Shown: positions 49,501-61,500 of the stretch, piece after piece
Layout: each line of letters opens with the position of its first letter
Position numbering within the stretch: the stretch's first letter is position 1
Assembly (NCBI GenBank): GCA_024679065.1
Contig: JAGIQG010000012.1
Coordinates: forward strand, 87,110,001-87,174,000
Reading direction: 5' to 3'
DNA length: 64,000 nucleotides
Origin: Sphyrna mokarran
Taxonomy: Eukaryota
The notes under the pieces: generated by a model
What the model saw: the letters and a program-made list of their open reading frames with translations, nothing else
Told to the model about the DNA's origin: nothing
Database searches by the model: none
Translations under genes and position numbers: made by a program

Positions 49501-52500
49501 ATCTTATATGTTTCAATAAGGTCTCCTCTTAGCCGCCTTCTTTCTAATGAAAACAACCTCAAATCCCTCAGCCTCTCCTCATAAGACCTGCCTTCCATAC
49601 CAGGCAACATCCTGGTAAACCTCCTCTGTACCCTCTCCAATGGCTCCACATCTTTCTTATAATGCGGGGACCAGAACTGCACACAATACTCCAAGTGCGG
49701 CCGCACTAGAGTTTTGTACAGTTGCAACATGACGTTGCGGCTCCGAAATTCAATCCCCCTACCAATAAAAGCTAAGACTCCGTATGCCTTCTTAACAACC
49801 TTATCGACTTGATTGCCAACTTTCAGGGATCTATGCACATATACACCGAGATCCCTCTGTTCATCAACACTATTAAGAGTCCTACCATTAGCCCTATACT
49901 CTACACATTTGTTATTTCTGCCAAAGTGAATTACCTCACACTTTTCCGCATTAAACTCCATTTGCCACCTCTCGGCCCAGCTCTGCAACTTGTCTAAGTC
50001 TCTCTGTAAACTATAACACCCCTCTTCACTATCTACCACTCCTCCAACTTTGATGTCATCAGCAAATTTTGGCATCAATTACTTCCTGTGGTAATGAATT
50101 CCACAGGCTCACCACTCTTTGGGTGAAGAAATGTCTCCTCATCTTCTTCCCAAATGGTCTACCCTGAATCCTCAGACTGTGACCCCTGGTTCCAGACAAC
50201 CCCACCATCGGGAACATCCTCCCTGCATCTACCCTGTCTAGTCCTGTTAGAGTTTTATAGGTCTCTGTGAGATCATTTGTCCGAACTCCAGCGAAAACAA
50301 TCCTAACCTGGTCAGAAGAGATCAAAGATATTTCTATGGTCCATGGACGCGGGAGTCACTGACAAAGCCAGAATTTATTGCCTGTTCCTAAATACCCTTG
50401 GGAAGATGTTGATAAAGAGCCTTCTTGAACTTCTGCAGGCAGAGATGTTTGATAGAACTGAGTGGCTTGTGAAGCTATTTCAGTAAATAATTCATTTCTA
50501 CCACGTTGCTGTGGCTCTGAGGTTATATTCTGGCCAGACTTGGTCAGGACAGCAGATTTCTTACCCTACAGGATTTTGGTGAATCAGATAGATTTTTTAA
50601 ATAATTTGGTAGTTTCACGGTGCCCATTAGAGTCATAGAGGTTTACAGTATGGATGTCCATGCCGCCCATTACTCACACTAAGATTTTTCTTTCAAATTT
50701 ATTTAATTGATCTGTATTCAAAATCCCCTGCTGCCCGGGGACTCGGGTAGCAATGGAGAAAAGAAAAGCAGGTGTAGGTTACATGGCCTTTGAACCTGCT
50801 CTAACATTCGGAGAGAACAGCAATGAAGGAGGAAAATACAGAGAGAGAGAGAGTGGGGAAGCATCGTTCTCACCGGCCTGATCACCTTTCCTGAGTTTCC
50901 TCACACCTCATCAATGACATCACGAGGTTCACATCCATAAAAGGCGAGAACCTAATTCTAATGTTTTTGAATTCATTATCATTATCCAGCCCCGTCACAT
51001 GATTTCCAACCCCCCCTCCCCTCAATATTCAAACCTCGCGCTGTGATGTCATGTTGGAGTAGGTTAGTACAGCTGTTTGAAGATGTGATTCAAGCGAGGG
51101 AGCCTTCCTGAGAACGTGAGGGTAAGTATCGGCCAACGAGGGGATCTCTCTGAGAATGTGAGGGTAAGTGACACCGCAACTGGTTTTGCTGTGGGGAGAG
51201 GTTGGGCAAAGAGCAAGCGAGCAATTGTAATGGAGGACTCACTCATTAGAGGCACAGACAGGTGTTTCTGTGGCTGCAATTCCAGGATGGTGCTTTGCCT
51301 CCCTGATGCCAAGGTCAAGGATGTCTCTGAATGGTTGCAGGACATTCTTAGGGGGCTGGTGAGCAGCCAGAGGTTGTTGTACATGTTGGTACCAACATCA
51401 TAGATAGGAAAGGGGATGAGGTCCTGAAATATGAACACAGAGAGTTAGGCAGAAGGCTAAAGTGCAGGACCTCAAAGGTAATAATTTCAGGACCATTGCC
51501 ATGTGTTCCTGATGTTCCTGGTACCGGGAGCTATCTGGGAAAGATAGGGAGAGAATTTTAACACAGGATACAATGAACAACACACAATGGAACTCAAATT
51601 TCACTGAGTGTTTCCAGCCTTTCAGGCCGCTGCCATGTGTTCCTGAGATTATGAATAGGAAGATTAGGCAGATGAATGCCAGGCTTGAGAGCTGGTGCAG
51701 GAGGGCAGGACTTTAGACTTTTGGATCACTGGCATCTTTTCTAGGGAAGGGCTAATCTGTTCAAGAGGGATGGGTTATATTTGAACTGGAAGGGGCAACT
51801 AACATCCTGACGGGGAGATTTGTTAGAGCCGCTCGGGAGGGTTCAAACTAGTTTGGCAGGGAATGGGATCCAAAGCACTAGGGAGACAGGAGAGAAATTT
51901 GAGGACAACATGGAAGTCAAAGAGAGCACATTAATTAGTAAAGACACGGTCAGTAATTCGAGTACCAGACAGATCAGACAAAAGCGAGAGCAAGTGAAGT
52001 TCAGATTAAGCTGCATTTACTTCAATGCAAGAGGCTTGATGGGTAGGTGGGACTGGGATATTATAGCAATTACTGAAACATGGCTAAGAGAAGGACAGGA
52101 CTGGCAGCTCAGGCAGTTGTATAAAACGTTGGTTAGACCTCATTTGGAATACGTCCAGTTCTGGTCACCTTACTACCAGAAGGATGTGGAGACTCTGGAG
52201 AGAGTGCAGAGGAGATTTACCAGGATGCTGCCTGGTATGGAAGGTCTGAGTTAAGAGGAGAGGGGAGAGATACAAAAGTGTCCAGAGGGGCAATTTTTTC
52301 AGACAGAGAGTGGTGAGTGTCTGAAACAAGCTGCCAGCGGTAGTAGTAGAGGTGAGTACAATTCTATTCTTTAAAAAGCATTTAGGCAGTTACATGGGTA
52401 TGATGGATATAGAGAGATATGGACCAAATGCAGGCAATTGGGATTAGCTTATAGAACATAGAACATAGAACATAGAACATAGAACACTACAGCACAGAAC

Positions 52501-55500
52501 AGGCCCTTCGGCCTTCGATGTTGCGCCGACCAATATAAAAAGCAATGCCCCTCCAAACTAAACCATTCCCTTCTCTTCCATATACTTATCAACTAACCTC
52601 TTAAACGCCACCAAACTTGGCGCATCTACAACTGCTGCAGGCAGGGCATTCCACTCCCGAACCACCCTTTGGGTAAAGAACCTGCCACTGATATCCGTCC
52701 TATAACTATCACCCCTTAATTTAAAGCTGTGTCCCCTCGTGCTATGGGTTTAAAAAAAAAGGGCAGTGTGGACAAGTTGGACCAAAAGGCCTGTTTTCTT
52801 GCTGTAAACCTGTGTGACTCTAATTATCACCCTATAAAGGGAATTTCCTGAGAATGTCAGGGTAAATATTGCCCAACAAGGGAGCGAGAGGGTAAGAATC
52901 TCTGCTGGGAGTGTCAGGGTAAGTATTGTCCAACAAAGAGATTTTCTTGGGAATATGAGGGTAAGTATTGCCCCTCGGGTATTTTCCTGGGAGTATAAGA
53001 GTAAATATTGTCCCTGGGGAATTTTCCAGGGAGTGTGAGGTTAAGTATTGCCCCTGGGAAATTCAGGAAACAGATTTGCGTGTATAATTTTGTAAAGATA
53101 ACTTAAAAAATTTCCAACAAATTGAGGTTTTTATTTGAGCTTTTCTGGGTTTTTAACCCAAATGAAATCAGTATTTATCAACATTGTCATCTCCTGATGG
53201 AGGAGACAATTGTGATTGGTTGATTGCTTTGTTGAATTCCTCCATTCATTCCGATAAATCTACTGGATTCACATTTAGCTCTCGCTGTTATACCTTTCAG
53301 GGCCCTCTCTACACTCTACCAAACTGTAACTTCCAATCCAATCACCATCCACTATCTATCAACCCATCCACAGCCAAATCTCCCAATGCTGGATCAATGG
53401 ATGACTGCGAATGGGCTGAAAGTCTTGTTCTCATTTTACAGAGACACTGATCATTGACAATCAGCAATGTGGGGCCCACTGTGTGACGGGCCCATCACGG
53501 TGGCTCAGTGGTTTGTGCTGCTGTCTCACAGCACTAGGGACTGGGTTCGATTCCCGACTTGGGTCATTGTCTGTACGGAGTTTGTATGTTCTCATTATGT
53601 TTGTGTAGTTTTCTCTGGGCGCTCCAGTTTCCTCACCCATTCCTCCTTCTGCACTGTAGGCATTCTAGGAGACCTCTGTTTCTGAGCAGCAACATACAAT
53701 GGCCTTTCCAGACAGTCTGATAAACATGCTACCCTGTCAGTCATACCATAGAGTCATAGAGCTTTATAGCAGAGAAACAGGCCCTTTGGCCCAACTTGTC
53801 CATGCTACCCTTCTTTTTCAATGACACATTGAACCTCCTGTTTTTATTTACCCGAAAGGAAAATTCTGCAAGATAAACCTCAGTAATCTTTGAATATGTT
53901 GCAGCAGAACAATGTAGTCTTTACATGGATTTATCTTTCATCCAATTGCTGTTTGTGGGAACCATGTTAATGGTTGTAGTAAATACGGTTTAATTCAATC
54001 ATCTGACTTTTCAAAGCTGTTGCAGTGAACAAGCTTCCCAATTGGTCCATTCACTTCCCAGGCTACCGAGTGATATTTGTAAAACTTATACTCCTGGTCT
54101 GTGGGTGCCGCTGGCTGGGCTAGCGTTTATTGCCCCTGCCTGAGAGCAATTAAGAGTCAACTACATTATTGTGGGCCTGGAGTCACATGTAGACCAGACC
54201 AGGTGAGGATGGCAGATTTCTTCCCTAAAGGACATGAGTGAACCAGATGGGTTTTTACAACAATTGACAATGGCTTCATGGTTTTAGTTCCAGATTTATG
54301 TTGACTTCATCTTTCACCAGCGTGATGGGTTTTGAACCCGAGTGTGACTGCAGGAATTTACTGTATATGGATAAAATTCCCTCCAACTAACCGTGTTCTG
54401 GCTCTGGCTGTCTCTAATGAGTTCCTTGCCACCTGAACTCTTGATATTACAGTGCAATTCCAAAGCTTTCAGTTACTCCTGAGAGCAGCAACAAAGTGTA
54501 GATATCTAATTTCTGTCTGTGATTAAATTGGCGTCACAAATAGTCACCATTTATCAGACCCAACACAATTTCATTCTCGGGAAAATTAATGGAAATTATA
54601 ATTGATATTTTTCTTTGAAAAGCAACAATCTCTGGAATTTTATTGCCCTGCTCGCCACGGGAATCGGAGCAGGGAAAGAGCAGACCATGGGAAGGTCCAC
54701 TGAGCTCAGGTGGAATTTTGTGGGCTGTAAAATCCCACCGCAATCTCTCACATCGATTGTATATCCAAGAGCCTGATCCTCTACCTTCCATTGTTCCACT
54801 CTGTGTGATCACCATGAGTCCAGCTGTTAGCTACACCATCTGTCTGACTTGATGCCCAATAGAAATGATGGAAGGAAAAGATCTCTGCCTCTCCCATTCT
54901 AACCTAGTTTTCTCAAGGACAGGAATCCAACTCACTGCCCCATAATGTGGTGGAGTCTGAATCGAAGGAGATAGATATATTCCTGGCCAAAAAAAGGGTT
55001 GAGGGGGTATGGAAGGAAGGTGGATTTGAGACCAGGTCGAGATCAGCCAGGATCTGATTGAATGGCGGAGCAGGCTTGAACGGCTGAATTTGCCAACTTC
55101 TGCTCCTAATTCTTGTGTTCCTCATTCTTTACTTCACAAATGTTAAACTATACAAAATCTCTTACAGAAGATGTTGAAAGCCGGCCTATCATCAGCATTA
55201 TTGCCTGCGCCCTGGCACTTGTTCTCCTCCTCTGCATATTTATTATCACAATATGCTGTGTGAAAAAATGGGCGTGTTTCCAAAGCAGATTAAAGCCAGA
55301 ACGGTAAATATAACTTACCTTCCTCTCCCACTTGATGATAATGTTGTGTTGAATTTGATTGCAGGGATCAAATCAGCCGCAGAATCTGGATAAAGGAGTT
55401 TTGCTTTTTGTGATTTTCTTTCCTGGGCAGATAAATACAGAGTATCAAAGGTTGGATGGGGGAAATGGTTTTTCCCCCGAGCCCTTTTGTAAGAGTGGGT

Positions 55501-58500
55501 GTCAGCTGTCACATTGAAGGAATGGAAAAATTAAACACTTTAGATAAATGCTCCCATTGGCGGGTACACTGCAAATGCAAAACTGTCACTACTGGAAACA
55601 CAGCGTGAGCACAGAAAGCGTTCTTTCTAGTTGTATCACAGCTTGATACGGCTCCTGCACTGCTCCAGAACACGAGGAACTGCAAAAAGTCATGAATGTA
55701 GCACAATCCATCACACAAAGCCAGCTTCCCATCCATTGACTCTGCTACACTTACTGCTGCCTCAGCAAAACAGCCAGCATAATTAAGGACCCCACGCACC
55801 CAAACATTCTCTCTTCCTCCTTCTATCATCGGGAAAAAGATACAAAAATCTGAGGTCACGTACCGACAGACTCAAGAACAGCTTCTTCCCTGTTGCTGTC
55901 AGACTTTTGAATGGACCCTACCTTGCATTAAGTTGATCTTTCTCTACACCCTAGCTATGACTATATTTTGCACTCTCTCGTTTCCTTCTCTATGAACATT
56001 ATGCTTTGTCTATATAATACACAAGAAACAATACTTTTCACTAGGCTAATGCATGTGACAATAATAAATCAAATCAAATCAAAGATTCAGAAAACAGTAG
56101 CTATTGCAGAACATTTTGATACAAATGGTGATGAAAACTTTGTCAAATGCAACTGATAACTCAGGGTAAATATGAAATGCACGAAAATGTGGCTCTCATG
56201 AAATGCTCAACTTCACCCCATTGAAATGATTAAATGGGAATTCCTGTGTATAATTTCTGCGGTTTTGATAAGTAACTCTTCCTCATTATATCATGACATA
56301 TAATCCTAACCCCCTTCTACAACTTACACCTTTAACATCACTGCACCTTCACACTCACTCAATGACCATGGATTCCTGCTCAGTTATCTCCTAATATTGA
56401 ATCCAGCTGCATCCTTAAGGAAATTTGGTCACAATTGGTTGAATCGCTCAGTCGTACCACTGTTAGAGTGGAGACCATTCTGCCCATTGAGTCAATGCCA
56501 ACACTCAGCAGAGGATTCAGTCAGTTTAATGATTATTAATCTAGCTGGGAATTTAATTGTCCCAAGTGCCTATCAAATGGCTTTTGCCATCAATCATTGA
56601 CCCTGTTTCCAGTTCATTACCACTTGTTGACTGAAAATTTCTTTCATAAATCCTGACACTACCCCCCACCACCACCCCGTCCTTCCCTAATCCTGTCACC
56701 CTTTGCTCATTATCTTAATTCTGTCTCCTGCAGTCCTTCTGCTGTCAGCAAATACAGCTGTTCTTTGTTTTATGGAGACCTGTCCACCTCAAAGTGCTCA
56801 TATCACACCAACCAACCTATCATTGCATGTGTGAAGTTTTATTGTAAAGAGTAAGAGATACACTTTGTCGTCACAAATGTTCAACCAAGGAGTGGGACGA
56901 GGTAATCTTTTCTGCTCAATGTGGACTCAGTGTTAAATTGTCTTATTGAAATGTTGTAAATGAATCATTGATGGTCTTTCTGTCTGCTTTGCCCAGACCC
57001 CATGAAGAGGAATTGGATACAGTGTACGCACATGTCTATGGTAAGAAAGCCTTTCAGTACATTGCAAACGGGTTATTCCAAATTCTATTAATTGCTTATT
57101 ATTATTTCTAAACATCAGTTGTTTGAAATTTGTACCGATCATTGTTTTCTCAGAAAAATGGACAATTTTCATGTTTCCGTTGTAATGACCCAGGTCACAG
57201 ACTCCAAGGTGTTTTATGAAGTTAGCCTCGACCCTCAGTTTCACAATTGATTTTGGCTTTTGGGCGATTTCACTTTGGGTATGATTCAACCAACCCACTC
57301 ATCAGAGTTTATTTAAGGACACAGTTAAAATGTAACAAAAGTAAATTAGCATAACTCCTTGGGCAGGCTCTAAGGGCTGGATGGCCTACTCCTGCTCCCA
57401 TTTCTTATCATGTCCTATCAATTACCAAGATTTTAACTAAACACAATATAAACTTTAACGGCTAGCTATCTCTGTTGTTCCAAGTTAAACACCATCCCAT
57501 AGACACACACCCTTTTTGAGTCTTGGCACAAAAAACAAGTGTTCTCCACATGATACTGGATTTTCAGCTTTTTTATATCTTCTGTGAATTGGTCTTTTGA
57601 ATGTTTGATTAAATCTCTGAGCCTTCTCAGCCCTGGAACTTTCAGCAAGTCTCTAAAGAGAGAGAGAGATACTATCTGCACCCACCAGCTTCTAACAGTA
57701 ACTGAGAAACAAAACTAAAACCTGCACTTTTCTGTGGAAAAAAACTGTCCCCGGGCATCATCTGACCTGTCAATTATCCCCCAAATCAAGATCAAATCCT
57801 TAAAGGACCATTAAACCCCTGAATGCTGCATTAGTCTGGATTAAAATCAGTGTGTTATCAATTATAGTGTCTCAGTAGCAATAAAGGGAACTGATCACAG
57901 AGATCACAGTGCCGACAGCTTCCAGGACCTACCAGAAACATCCTGCAGAGAAACATGATTAAAATACATCTGTTAAAAGGCAAAGTATCATCACACAATC
58001 ACTCAACCTCTGCACCAAGCAGACTGCACAGGAATGCTCCCTCATTCATACAGCCTGATATTTTCCCCAGCCACTCTGAACTATCAGGGTGTTAGCACCA
58101 ATTAGAGATACTAAGAGTTAGTTATAAAGCTGTGTTGAGATAACAGCACAAGAAGGTTTTTGTCCATTAATTCCTGGCTGAATTCAAACCCCAGTTTCCA
58201 GTGCTTATTAGACATTGCACCTTCATCACCTTCGCACGGGAATTTAAACCACTGATCCTCAACTCTTTCATTTGGTTCTACATAGATGTGCAGCACTCTC
58301 TCAGCACTGACCCTCTGACAGTGCGGCACTCCCTCAGCACTGACCCTCTGACAGTGCGGCACTCCCTCAGCACTGACCCTCTGACAGTGCGGCACTCCCT
58401 CAGCACTGACCCTCTGACAGTGCGGCACTCCCTCAGCACTGACCCTCTGACAGTGCGGCACTCCCTCAGCACTGACCCTCTGACAGTGCGGCACTCCCTC

Positions 58501-61500
58501 AGCACTGACCCTCTGACAGTGCGGCACTCCCTCAGCACTGACCCTCTGACAGTGCGGCACTCCCTCAGCACTGACCCTCTGACAGTGCGGCACTCCCTCA
58601 GTACTGACCCTCTGACAGTGCGGCACTCCCTCAGTACTGACCCTCTGACAGTGCGGCACTCCCTCAGTACTGACCCTCTGACAGTGCGGCACTCCCTCAG
58701 CACTGACCCTCTGACAGTGCGGCGCTCCTCAGCACTGACCCTCTGACAGTGCGGCGCTCCCTCAGCACTGACCCTCTGACAGTGCGGCGCTCCCTCAGCA
58801 CTGACCCTCTGACAGTGCGGCGCTCCCTCAGCACTGACCCTCTGACAGTGCGGCGCTCCCTCAGCACTGACCCTCTGACAGTGCGGCGCTCCCTCAGCAC
58901 TGACCCTCTGACAGTGCGGCGCTCCCTCAGCACTGACCCTCTGACAGTGCGGCACTCCCTCAGCACTGACCCTCTGACAGTGCGGCGCTCCCTCAGCACT
59001 GACCCTCTGACAGTGCGGCACTCCCTCAGCACTGACCCTCTGACAGTGCGGCACTCCCTCAGCACTGACCCTCTGACAGTGCGGCACTCCCTCAGCACTG
59101 ACCCTCTGACAGTGCGGCACTCCCTCAGCACTGACCCTCTGACAGTGCGGCACTCCCTCAGCACTGATCCCTGATTGAGAAATGCTGTGTTACTGTTCAC
59201 CCTCTGCAGTTGAGTGCTACACTAGAATGTGAACATGTTGTGGGGTGTGAACCCCCAGCCTTCTCAATCCAAGACAGCAACCCTATTAAAGCAAAATTGA
59301 ATTCCATTGAGTGTGTGTGTGTGCTGTACAACTGAAGAGTGTAGAGTGGGGTGCAGTGGGAGACAGTCTAACTCCACACTTTCGATAATGTTGCTGTTTC
59401 ATCCTGATTGGTAGTTATAGCAACTTCATTAAAAGTCTTCTCTTATTTCAGGTCAAATGCAGAATAACAAAGAGGAGGCTGAGACTCCTGCTGTGGTAAG
59501 GGGTTTTTGACTGATGGGTTTAGCTCAGTTGGCAGGACAATGGTTTGTGATGCAGGGCAATGCCTAACCTCATGGGTACAGTTCCTGTATTGGCCGTGAT
59601 TGTTCACAAAAGCCTTACTTTCTCAACCTCTCCTCTTGCCTGTGGTGTGGTGATCCTCAGATTAAATCAACATCAGCCTTCCCTTTAATGGGGAAAGCAA
59701 CCTCTGGTTATCAGGGACTGTGGTGACTGAAGACAATGGAATCATCTCCTTATCAGGACATTCCCACATAGTCTTGAAGCTGTATCTTGAGTCCTCAGAC
59801 TATAATTTTACTCACATGTTGTTTTTAACTCTTTCACAATCTATCTCAGTTTTAAAATATTCAGTGGACCTCCTCCCTTGTCCTTCTGGGGAGAGAATGT
59901 TCTATAGATTCCATCAACTGCTTTCTGATGACATCACTCCAAAGGCCAAAGGTTGTACCTCCTCGCTCCCTCCCTCGATAGATATTGTCATGTGTCTGAC
60001 TGTGGGACACTGGTCCAGTGACCATTCCAATGGTGAAGACCTCCCTCACCTCCCACCAGCTGTGCCCCCTGATATAAATCTGCCATTGTCCCATGCTGGG
60101 AGCAGGCTGAGATGAACACATCCTGATTAAATTAACCAGTAGGCGACAATTAACGTGACAAATACCAACCTGAATAGCTATTCACAGTTGTAGATGCGCC
60201 AAGTTTGGTGGCGTTTGAGAGGTTAGTAGATAAGTTTATGGATGAAAAGGGAATGGTTTAGGTTAGAGGGTCATTGCTTTTCTTAATTGGTCGGCGCAAC
60301 ATCAGAGGCTGAAGGGCCTGTTCTGCGCTGTAATGTTCTATGTTCTGTGTTCACTGAGTCGGTGAGGTCTCACAGAAACCTGGCAGTGCTGAACCAGGAG
60401 GTCAGTAAGGGGAGAGGGAGTAACATCCAACACTGCCCAATTCTGGGCAAGAAAACAATTTTCCAAAATCTCCGATCCCAATCTATCTGTCCTCAGATAC
60501 ACTCATTCCCAGGCAGCCCCTGTAGTGTTTGTGTTCTGGTCTCTGTTTCATTCTTCAGTCCCACCTCATTGTGCAGGAAGAAGGATATTGAAATGTCAGG
60601 GATGACAATGGCTGTATTTTATTGTCATGGGATGTGGGTGTCACAGGGAAGGCCATTTGCTAATTACTTTGCATGTGCTGTGGGTTAGTGCTCAGTGTAA
60701 GGCCAATCTGTAGGTAATTATGGTGAGTAGGCTGTTGTTTCTATGACGGGTTTATAGCATCGCACATAGATACAGTTTACAGGTTCCAGCCAGAGATTGT
60801 GTTTAATCTCCAGAAGGTAAAAATTCAAAAGTGCTTGATCAGTCGATGCATGGGATATTCTGGTGTAGTTTGTGATGGGATTATTCCAGGTGCAATTTAG
60901 TTTGGGATTATTCTGGATGCAGTTTGGAATGGGGTTATTCTGGGTATAGTTTAGAATTCGATTATTCTGGATGTAGTTTAGGATGGGAATATTCCAGGTG
61001 AAGTCTGGATGGGATTATTCTGGGTTTAGTTTGGGATGGGGATATTCCAGGTGTAGTTTAGGTTAAGATTGTCCCGGTTGTAGATTGGAATGGCATTATT
61101 CTGGGTGTAGTTTGGTTTGAGATTATTCTGGGTGTAGTTTGGGATGGGATAACTGCAGGTGTAGTCTGGGATGGCATATTCTATGTGTAGTTTGGAATGG
61201 GGTTATTTCAGGTGTATTTTTAAGACCCTTGTCAGACCCCACTTGGAATACTGTGTGCAGTTCGGGTTGCCTCACTACAGGAAGGATGTGGAAGCTATTG
61301 AAAGATTGTAGAGGAGATTTACAAGGATGTTGCCTGGATTTGGGGGCATGAAGATAGGTTGAGGGAACTAGGTCTCTTCTCCCTGGAGAGACAAAGGTTG
61401 AGTGGAGATCTGATAGAGGCTTATAAAATGTTGAGAGGAATAGATAGGGTGGATTCTTGGAGGCTAATTCCCAGAACTGAAATGGTTGCTAGGAGAGGAC

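Noticed and set aside
58111-59200. Repetitive ORFs ([11 protein letters not shown])n
   Set aside because: 33-bp tandem repeat artefact
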